DNA from: Anthoceros angustus
Lineage: Eukaryota; Plantae; Anthocerotophyta
Direction of reading: 5' to 3'
Assembly: GCA_010909165.1 (NCBI GenBank)
Contig: MU008199.1
Location: forward strand, 576,248 to 640,247
Length of the DNA stretch: 64,000 nucleotides
In this document: positions 11,769-20,778 of the stretch, in pieces
Layout: the number at the start of each line of letters is the position of its first letter
Numbering within the stretch: position 1 is the first letter of the stretch
Position numbers and translations under genes: made by a program
Notes under the pieces: generated by a model
What the model was told of the DNA's origin: nothing
The model's input: only the letters and a program-made list of their open reading frames with translations
The model's database searches: none

Positions 11769-13072
11769 GGGCTGGAGCAGTTGGAGCATGTGGAAGTGCC
11801 TGGACTGGAGCAGGGTAGATGATCTGATTCTCCTCTTGAGCTTGCATGTCATCTTCATCATAGTGTGTGGCCCCCTCAAGGTCGAGAGGGGAAGGAGCCT
11901 GACCGGTAGGGAGCAGGCCTGACATGCTGGTAGCGGTAGAGAGGTAGAAAGAGAGGCGAGATAGGAGTTGAGGATGAGAGACTCATGGAAATGGACACTG
12001 CGGGAAAGGATTATCTCTTTGGTGGATGGGTCAAAAAGGCGATAAGCTTTGACCTGGTCTGAATAGCCAATAAGGTTATGCATGATTATCAATGGCAGTA
12101 CAGTCTCGTGGGCCTGCAAGAAGATGCAGACCATCTGCACCTCCTCTACTGAGGTCGAGTAAGCAGCAACAACTCTAGCAGCCAAGGAGATATTGTGGAT
12201 TTGGCAGTTCCTGCACGACATCGACGAGAAGCAAGATCAGGCAACCCAGCTGCACTACGACAACCAATCCGCGATAGCTATGACTCATAACCCGGTGCTG
12301 CACGCGAGGACCAAGCATGTGGAGATCCAACACCACTTTATTCGGCAAGTAGTACCCAACAAGCAAGTCTCACTCTGTTACATCAACACAAGTGACAATA
12401 TTGCTGACCTGCTGACCAAGGGGCTTCCCAAGGCGCTTCATGACAAGCACACTGAAGGTATCAGGCTGGTGGATAGAGAAACTTATCTCGGGCTTCCCGG
12501 CATGGCTCCCTGGCACCGTCGAAAGGGGAGCTCTAGCCTTCGGCCGGCCACTAAAGCGTCGATGGCCCATCATCCAAGAACTAGTCGTGGAGAGGTTGAG
12601 CCGCAGCTCCACCTCGCCTCAACTCGCCTCCTACTGCTTGACCCGACTCTTCCCAACTTTGGTTTTCACTGCTCTGCGTTTGGGTACTCCTCCTTGCTCG
12701 AGACTTTCAATCTTTGTGCATACTGCGTGGATTATGTGACTCGCAAGCTGGAGAAGCCACCAGAGACTGGCAAGCACACTCAGGACCAAATTCAAGCAGG
12801 CGTGGGAGATGGAGGCCATGGACCAGCGTCAGGATCCGTAGCGAGGGGGAGTGTTGAAGAACTGTCGCACATCCACCACGGATTGGGGTTTTAGCGAGAG
12901 GGTTCTGGACCCGACTGGCTAGCAGACTTTAGGGCACATTTCGTGCTTAGGGGCATAAGTGACTAGTTATCAGAGCAGTTGGTTTGATTATCATTCATAA
13001 CCGAACGAACAGTTACAGAACCACCTCCTGTACAGTATAAGAACAAGTTCGTGTATCAGTAAATTATCGATT
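11769..13072. mobile_element. Rearranged Ty1/copia fragment: integrase C-terminus (-) fused head-to-head to RNase H (+), then PPT and LTR
   Basis: Minus strand LIGYSDQVKAYRLFDPSTKEIILSRSVHFHE (11985-12075). Plus strand IINGSTVSWACKKMQTICTSSTEVE..DNQSAIAMTHNPVLHARTKHVEIQHHFIR. PPT gcgagggggag, then LTR starting tgttgaaga at 12852; the LTR 3' end is approximate. Confidence 0.85.
12852..13072 (+). repeat. Copia LTR, same family as 50789-51010
   Basis: TGTTG start after the PPT; colinear similarity over ~220 bp to 50789-51010. Confidence 0.8.
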
Positions 13073-13363
13073 CCTATGCATTGCCAGTAATCTTGTGACA
13101 GCATTAAATGCGTCCACTCCCCGGTGGTGAAGCGCAGATGCGTAATAGGGGAGTTCTTATCAATGTGTGCCTATTTGGCCTAAGCCATTTGGACACACAT
13201 TTATATCATATTTATTTCATATTTAGTTTTTAAGGAGTACATATTTGGCTCCATGCTGTTGTAGCTAGGGCCCAAAATCTTGTCTGGAAAACGAAAAGTA
13301 ATAATATATTTAAATATAGGAAATAAGATTTTAAAATTTTACAAGTTAAAGACACGTACTTAA

Positions 13364-13433
13364 GCACTGGCCGGGAATCGAATCCAGATCTGTTGTGGGG
13401 CAGGATACTTTTCTCCCATTGAACCACCAGTGC
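13364..13433 (-). tRNA. tRNA-Gly(GCC)-derived pseudogene
   Basis: Reverse complement GCACTGGTGGTTCAATGGGAGAAAAGTATCCTGCCCCACAACAGATCTGGATTCGATTCCCGGCCAGTGC. Perfect 7-bp acceptor stem and A/B-box-like motifs; GCC anticodon loop, but the anticodon stem is mostly unpaired and the T-stem has a mismatch. Confidence 0.65.
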
Positions 13434-13989
13434 GAACCATATTCACAACCACGTTTATGTTCAATTACACGGTTGTCTTTGCAAACTGCTATCAGACCTC
13501 ACTACCACCATGATCTTCCAACGCACACATGCTATACCTCCCATCGCTAATTCCGATCATTTTGATTTGAACATCCGCAATGCAGCGCAGCATTCAGTCC
13601 TGCAGACCCGTCCCCAGCTCTGAATTTCCTGAAAAGCCAACAATCCACCCTAAACCCTATATACCCATATTGGGATATATTTTTCTCTGTCCCGACAAGG
13701 AGATGTTGCATCCTTAGAAAAGAAATCCATTAGTCTTGAAATCTTCATTGCAGCTCCAGCAACACGGTTAGGTCTGTGGTAAACTGCACCTTGCTGGAGC
13801 ACGTGCTTGGCCTGGTCATTTCACACGGACAACAAGAATGTGATAAACTGCCCCTTGATACAGCTCGTGCTTGACCTGGTCATTTCAGATGGACAACCGA
13901 AACAAGAAAATTGACTGCTGAGTCTAGCTATCACTGACCTTGCCAAACTTCGTTGAAAACTACAGTCCCATAAAGGAATCCCAGAGTTA

Positions 13990-14800
13990 TATCCTAGAAT
14001 GTCTGCACATCCTTTGTGGCCAAGCTATCCAAAACCTGGCGTGCATCTTCAAGCTCGCCACATTTTGCATACACGTCCCACCAGGCAGTTGCCAACAAAT
14101 ACTCGTGGACTGCGTAACCATCACCATCTTGCACAGCGTCAACGTGTATGTATGTAGTCCCCTCTCACGTCCACATTTTCACCTCCAGGAGCAGAGCATC
14201 GCATAAGGCATCATCCAGTGTCCACCATGGACTTCTCTACCCTACCTTCAGTGCATACATGAGGAAGAGTTGGTTCCCCAAGTATGTATCCGACTCGTAC
14301 CTGAGTTTGACTGCGAACTCGGTCTTAGCTGTACATGGATACTTCTTAGTTGTGCGCTCTTTTAGCACTGTGTAAAAAAGCGACTAAGAAATAGCAGAGT
14401 CTCTCTGCACCAGAGATTCCAATTTTCAGGGCTCAAACGGCCTCAGAAAGCTTCCAGTGCTGACATAACATGCTCACGGTTCCAGCCGTAACGACACCCA
14501 TTCAGATCCTTCACGCCTACCAGGTTCAGGCTTATCCTGAGAGCTGGACTCGGAAGGAGAGGCACCATGACCACCTGCATATCCAAGGAAACGAGCTGAT
14601 AAATCAACCCAGGTAGTTTAAACATTTTCTTCAGGCGCAGCACTTCACCACCCTTTACGTCGGGAGTGAGGCGAACAGGAGCTCTTATCGCAGTATGTCG
14701 TACAGGGTAGTGTCCTGCCACAGTTTTCTGTCAGACTTACATCTTCGAACAGCGGTCCCTGTATGACCACACCATCCTGAAGGATAGTCTGGACGGGTTT
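13990..14800 (-). pseudogene. Decayed 5'-half paralogue of the PDF-motif PPR gene
   Basis: Colinear with parts of 15800-17060 (e.g. GGEVLRLKKMFKLPGLIYQLVSLDMQ vs SGEVLWLKNMFKPAWVDEQLVSLDMQ). Contains stops and frameshifts; no DYW domain. Confidence 0.85.
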
Positions 14801-14888
14801 TCCTTGGGTACCCAGAAACAGGAAACATAGTTTCTACGTTTTGGCATCCAGAAGGAGGAGAGATTCATTCAATTGTGAGCACTGGGTT

Positions 14889-17273
14889 TCACGGTCGACC
14901 ATTACAACTGCAACAACCAGCTGTGAATCGATGCACACGGTACCCATCCCTGACAACAATGTCTCTCTGTTCAAGCCTTGACATGATCTCCGTGGAACTG
15001 TGGCAGTCGCTGCACATGCGTAGATTCTTCGTTACCACCAGAGGTGTCCCACTCGGAGTGTTCAAGAGACCAAACGCCAGAGCTAGCTTCTCAGCATGGC
15101 CACAAAGCACATCTTCCTTTTCCTTCTCACACACTGGCTTCAACACCAATTTTGTGTGAGGTACGTGGCCTCCTTCCTGTTTCAGACGTGCATTCGTGCT
15201 CTCTACTTTGAGGGCAATATCCTCCCTTGTCTCTCCTACCACAAATCTATGTACCTCATTTCTCACCTCAACGGTTGCCACTGCAGGTTTCTTGTTAGCT
15301 CCTGCTACCCTTCTCTGTGTTTCAATCCTGTCTACATCGCTCCACCTGCCTGCATCTGCAAAGACATTGGCCATAAGCACATACGCGGGCGCATGCTGGG
15401 AGTCCAGTCTAACAATGCTCTCAAAACACCACACCGCCCTCTCTATATCCCCATGACATTTGCTAGCATTCAGCAAAGACATCAACCCCACAACATTACT
15501 TTGGCCGTCACATAACAATAGTATCTTCTCTGCCTCATCTAAATGGCCCGCACGCCCAAGAAGATCAATCATACAATTGTGATGCTCAATAGTGGGATTG
15601 ATGCCATGTTGTTCAGCCATGGAATGAAAGTAGTTGCGACCCTCATGGACCAGTCCCTCGTGACTGCATGCTACCAAAAGGCAAGTGAAAGTTGTACCAT
15701 TAGGCTGAATACCGGCAACTAACATCTCCTCAAAACAAGCTAGTGCCTTGTGACCTTCATCACAAGTACCGTACCCAGATATCAGCGCGGTCCATGTCAC
15801 CACGTCCTTTGTGGCCATGCTGTCAAACACCTGGCGTGCATCTTCCAGTTCACCACATTTTGCATACATGTCCACCAGGCAGTTGCCCACCAGTACCTGA
15901 TCTAGCAGCCCTCTTCCCACAATCTGTGAGTGCAGTTGCCTGCCCTTCTGTAAGGCACCAGTGCCTGCACAGGCCTTCAGAAGGCAAGCAAAAGTGACAT
16001 GGTTAGGCAAAATGAGGCCTTCTTGCTCCATTTGTTCATACACAACTAGCGCCTCTTGGCCGAGCCCTTGCTGTGCATACCCTGCAATCAGCGCCGTCCA
16101 TGTCACCACATTCTTTGTGTTCATGCTGTCAAAAACCTGGCGTGCATCTTCCAGTTCACCACATTTTGCATACCCAGCAATCAGGGCATTCCATGTCACC
16201 ACATCCTTTGTGGCCATGCTGTCAAAAACCTGGAGTGCATCTTTCAGTTCACCACATTTTGCATACATGTCCACCAGACAGTTGCCAACAAACACGTCAG
16301 GAGGAATGCCACTGTGTAATACATCACAGTGCACTTTCCTACCAGATTCCAAGTCGGCCGAATACGCACAAGCTTGAAGGGCAGCTACAAAAACGTGAGC
16401 ATCCGCCTTCACTCCTGACCTACGCATCTCATGGTACAGTTGCAAGGCCTCGTTAGGTTTTCCATGCTTAGCATATGCAGAGATTATGGAAAACCACATG
16501 AAGACATCTGGTTTGCGCACCCTGGTGAACACATCCATGGCCTCTTGCAGACTACCTCGACATGCATACATGCGCAAGATATGGTTCCCCAAGTATGCAT
16601 CCGACTCATACCCGAGTTTGACTGTGAGGTCATGAACTCGTCGCCCCACAACCAGATCCTTCTTAGCTATACACAGTTTCAGAACAGCGTAAAACAGAGA
16701 CTGAGAAATAGCAGAGTCTGCCAGCGCCAGAGATTCCAGGGCTCCAACGGCCTCGGAAAGCTTCCCCTGCTGACATAATGTGCTCACGGTTACAGCCGAA
16801 ACAATGCCCATTTCAGATCCTGCACACCTGTTACGTTCAGGCTTGTCCCGAGAGCTGGACCCGGAAGGAGAGGCCCCATGACCCATCTGCATATCCAAGG
16901 AAACGAGCTGCTCATCAACCCAAGCTGGCTTGAACATGTTCTTTAACCACAGCACCTCGCCGGACCCCTTACGCCGGAAGTGAGGGGGACGAAGCCCCTT
17001 CTTATCTCGTCTGTTGTCCCACCACATGGTAGGGTCCAGAAAAAATTGTTGCCACAAGTGCTCCTGCTCCTGGCGACGACCATCGCTGGAGAACCCATCC
17101 CCACCCACAAATTTCCTCGGAAGTGGAAGTGCTGGGCTCGTTACACTGCTGCTCCTGGAGGCTTGGTTGATTGCCGGGGGTTGACTCCCAGAAGAGAGGT
17201 AAGCGGCAGCTCCTTGCAGAATCCCTGTAGACACACCAATTTGTTGGGTCCACAACAGTCCTCGCCGACGCAT
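14889..17273 (-). CDS. PLS-class PPR protein with E1-E2 and DYW:KP (GRP-type) domain plus N-terminal OSB/PDF-like motif; candidate organellar U-to-C editing factor
   Basis: Intronless 794-aa ORF with ~12 P/L/S repeats. KKPAVA replaces the PG box; HAEKLA zinc/catalytic motif, CSDCH and C-terminal CSCNGRP are present. The Arg/Ser-rich N-terminus resembles a transit peptide; the true start could be upstream (17349, other frame) if a sequence indel is present. Confidence 0.95.
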   Translation of the reverse strand: MRRRGLLWTQQIGVSTGILQGAAAYLSSGSQPPAINQASRSSSVTSPALPLPRKFVGGDGFSSDGRRQEQEHLWQQFFLDPTMWWDNRRDKKGLRPPHFRRKGSGEVLWLKNMFKPAWVDEQLVSLDMQMGHGASPSGSSSRDKPERNRCAGSEMGIVSAVTVSTLCQQGKLSEAVGALESLALADSAISQSLFYAVLKLCIAKKDLVVGRRVHDLTVKLGYESDAYLGNHILRMYACRGSLQEAMDVFTRVRKPDVFMWFSIISAYAKHGKPNEALQLYHEMRRSGVKADAHVFVAALQACAYSADLESGRKVHCDVLHSGIPPDVFVGNCLVDMYAKCGELKDALQVFDSMATKDVVTWNALIAGYAKCGELEDARQVFDSMNTKNVVTWTALIAGYAQQGLGQEALVVYEQMEQEGLILPNHVTFACLLKACAGTGALQKGRQLHSQIVGRGLLDQVLVGNCLVDMYAKCGELEDARQVFDSMATKDVVTWTALISGYGTCDEGHKALACFEEMLVAGIQPNGTTFTCLLVACSHEGLVHEGRNYFHSMAEQHGINPTIEHHNCMIDLLGRAGHLDEAEKILLLCDGQSNVVGLMSLLNASKCHGDIERAVWCFESIVRLDSQHAPAYVLMANVFADAGRWSDVDRIETQRRVAGANKKPAVATVEVRNEVHRFVVGETREDIALKVESTNARLKQEGGHVPHTKLVLKPVCEKEKEDVLCGHAEKLALAFGLLNTPSGTPLVVTKNLRMCSDCHSSTEIMSRLEQRDIVVRDGYRVHRFTAGCCSCNGRP

Positions 17274-17371
17274 CGCCCCTTAGCCTGGAGCGAGAACTGG
17301 GACGGCGTAGGACAACAGCTACTGCTAACGACCAGCGGGATGTGAACATATGTAGATGTATCATATAAGCA

Positions 17372-17615
17372 CAAAGAAATATCTTTGTACCTCGTTATTC
17401 ATGTCAATGGGCGGCACAATAGGTTTCTCGTTAGCTCCTGCTGCCCTTCTCTATGCTTCAGTCCTGTCTATCGGTCCACCAACCTGCATCTCCGTAGGGA
17501 TTGGCGTTGAGCACATACTTATGGATGCAGGCGCCTCCAGGGGGTCCAGCCAAGCAGTGTTGCCCCCTCTGGATCCTCATGGCTACTTTTGCAAGCATTC
17601 AGCAAAGAATCCATC
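17372..17615 (-). pseudogene. E1-E2/KP-start fragment of a third PPR paralogue
   Basis: Homologous to 15245-15490 (LLNACKSSHEDPEGA; AGANEKPIVPPIDMNNEVQRY); frameshifted and truncated. Confidence 0.75.
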
Positions 17616-18072
17616 AGCATGAATGGATGGAAACGACTCGAAGCGTGATGTGGGACTGGAATACACGGAGGTGACAGACAACGCATATCTTGGTTGCACA
17701 CCATAATCAAAATTATACATATGTACGCGGAAACGACTCAAAACATGATGGGGGACTGCCTCAAAGCCTCATGTGGGACTGCCTCAAAGGGGAACAGGAG
17801 ACTTTATTATAAAAAAGAAATGGGAAAAGCATGATGTGGGACTGTAATGTAGACAGGTAACAGAACACAAGGTTATCTACCTCTATTGATATGCAACTGA
17901 TGGGTTTCATACGTAATTACCTTATACAATTAGGTCTCTCACCACCAATTCTAGCTCTTTTACTCACGAGAAAGCAAACCCTTGTAGGGGATGGATCGTC
18001 TCTAGGCATGATGCAGAGCCCATATGATTTGGGAAACTCGCTCCGCTATGTACAATGTCATGATGTTTAGGG

Positions 18073-20354
18073 TCAGCGGGCAAAGATGTGGATTAGTCCA
18101 TCGTCCTGGGGCGTCGCGTATGGCAGATGCTTTTTGATTCTCATGCCTTCTCCTGTACTGTCCGCAAGTTTCCAGCTGCCAAAGCAACATCCATGTCGCA
18201 AGCTTGCGTTCAATTTCATGGTGGTATTCAACCCTGGAAAAAAACATGAGTCCCCGATTCCTCTAAGCAGAAAATTTGGGCATATGGGGGCTTACTCATA
18301 GTCCACGCTGAGATAGTGCAGAATCATGATGCTGATTAACCTTGTCAAGTATATTCCTGCGTTGATCACAAGCAGGCCTTGTGTGTCATTGGGCATGAGC
18401 CAGTGCCAAGTGGTTACCAAGTTGAGACGATTCCATGAAAGGAGCACATCTGTAGCTGACATCCCTCTTTGTACTTGCCTGGACATTTCCTGGCACCGCC
18501 TCCGAAGGGAACCAAGAAAGGCGTGAACCTTGAACGGTCTTCAGGTTTCTGCAGCGTTCATCACAGTCAGAACATTCGTGGAACTGCCGGAAATGGTTTC
18601 ATCTTCCGAATGGTATCATGGAACAGAGTTTTTGCATGCCCCAGATGACAAAGCTTACCGCCCACCGATTGGGATTGAAAGAGTAGGGATCGTCGAAATA
18701 AGTAGGAGAGAAGTGGGATGCACGAGACCATGCCAGAACTTTCCACCCTTTGGGTATCCTGTAGCCTAGGTCACACCACAAAAAACAGAAGAATAGGATG
18801 CAACAGGTCAGAATTGGGGCTTTCAGGCGTCAACTGGTGTGTGACCCAAAACGCTCCAGACGGTTCAAGCTGTATGCACACCTTTGCAGTCCACATCTCG
18901 GGTAGCAACACGAAATGCGATGCGCGAAAGGCTTAGCCGCCTCAGGCTCTCCGTCCAGACCTGCAGATAAATTTGCCATTCCGAGAACCTCAGGTGGTTG
19001 AGATGCTCTTTCACAAGCCTATCTCGATCTCCAAGTGCTCTTCCTGTGTTTGAAGCACATATGATTCAACTTAGCCTTCTGTACAGGCCGGAGACATGCA
19101 AGCAGAACCTGGCCGGACGTAGCTCCTGGAGGCTCCTGGAGGCTCGTGTTGGCTCATAACCAGGCTCACTCACCCGGACTTTATCCTTCATTTCCTGGTG
19201 CTTTGCCAGAAACAGAGCTATCCACATGATTTGACAAACTGTGGTCCGGTAGCCCGCAAGCATGAACCCAACCAGATTGTAGCTCAGTTCCTCGTTGGTC
19301 AGATTGAGCCCATCCTCATCTTTTGCGATCATAAGCTCGTGCAGAAAATCCTGCTTGTGAATTTTCTTTTCCCGCCGTTCCTTGGTCTCATCATGGATTA
19401 GAGCAGACACATTGCGATAGCCCTCCCACCACATACATATATGACAACCAGTTGGTTTCCAGTTCTCACGACTTCATGGGTGATGAAGGGAACATTGTAT
19501 TTACGAACAAACATTCATGATCATGAATGGCCATCGATGAGCATGTTGAGAGCAAGACGGTAACCTCGACAGCCTTGTAGTGCGTGGTACCGGACACGCT
19601 CGAATTCCCTCTGCGTATCGCTCCAGCTGCTCCATCATCCAAGTGGCCCTCTCGCTGGGCTCAAATCTTAGAAACGCCGACAAGATGATGTTGAGTATCA
19701 GCTGCAGCAGTCCGGATCCCCAACCATGGCACCAACAGGTGAGCACAAGCTTACACAACAAAGCTGGCCAGCGTCCTGGCAGGATCTTTAGGACGGTGAT
19801 CAATATGAGCAGGATTTCAACAAGCCAACGTTGAACAATATGATCTGAACATGACCAGGATTTTAAACAAGCAGCCAACCTTTCGAGTTCTTGAGAGTGC
19901 GTATGACGATGCTGGTGATTCGAGGAATGGCAGCTCTGAGGGCGGGGGGTCATGTCCGCGGACACGGTGATGATGGACTTGCTGCCGAACAGATGCGACT
20001 TGAGAATTTCGTCATTTCCGTATCTGCTATCCATCTCAGTTGCCAGCAACTTCAGTCAAGCATTCCATTCCAGCATTTTGAAATCAAGTCGCGGATGCAT
20101 TGCAGGGACCTCGGGAGATCACACAAGACCCACTTCTGAATTCTGCTTCGGATGAACTCGTCTGGATTGTACTTGAAGGTGCGCCAGAAATCCAACATCT
20201 CGCCGATTACCGGCAGGCCCAAGTCTCCCGGTGGCATTCTGATTCCGCTCGGGAGATTGCGCACAGAAAAATACCAGTTGTTGAAGTTGCGCAGCAACAG
20301 CAGCAGGACCGTGGCCCCAGCCATCAGCAGGGCTGCAGCTGCTGTGAGATCCAT
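18073..20354 (-). pseudogene. Cytochrome P450, CYP85 clan (KAO/CYP88-like), multi-exon; disrupted as assembled
   Basis: N-terminal anchor plus MPPGDLGLPVIG; I-helix LAGYRTT; IPKGWKV..PYSFNPNRW; heme motif PFGGGARKCPG; last exon DWKLAD..HLPYATPQDDGLIHIFAR*. About 50 codons are missing, with a frameshift, at ~19950 (SADMT joined to ALRAAIPRI). Confidence 0.8.
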
Positions 20355-20644
20355 CCCGGAGATTTTTCAACAACCATGCTTCTATCCTTTTCTTTCATCC
20401 ATCGCTGGAGATTAGAATTATCCGAAACAAATGTGTGAAGTGTGAAATATGGGATATGAACCTATTGCCTTGTGCACGATGATTCTTTACATGGATGCAT
20501 AAGATAAAGACAAGATCTTTTAACTGCACAACACTCTCGTCTTACACTTTCGGCATGGAGAAGACATTTGGGTGCTATAAATTGTCACCCAAAATCACAA
20601 AAATTCACAATCTCCATGGCCATCAACTTCAATTGTGATAAAAA

Positions 20645-20778
20645 ACAAGAATGAATTTTTTTCCCAAATATTTCTCAGATTTTTTTTTGAGAAATATTTG
20701 GGAAAAATATTTCTCAAAAACATTTTTGAGAAATATTTGGGAAAAAATTTCTCAACTATTTCTCAAATATTTGAGACC
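20645..20778. repeat. AT-rich short inverted/direct repeat cluster (ttcccaaatatttctca / tgagaaatatttgggaa)
   Basis: A 17-mer and its reverse complement recur several times, with partial copies; abuts the truncated end of the ParB-like ORF. Confidence 0.75.

Noticed and set aside
13364-13433. Functional tRNA-Gly gene
   Set aside because: Three of five anticodon-stem pairs are broken and the T-stem is mismatched; kept only as a pseudogene.
15096-17345. Plus-strand ORFs antisense to the PPR gene
   Set aside because: Shadow frames of the PPR repeats with no independent motifs.
17640-17850. Repeated atgtgggactg motifs as TCP/site-II promoter elements of the PPR gene
   Set aside because: They do not match the GGNCCC/TGGGCY consensus well, and there is no expression evidence.
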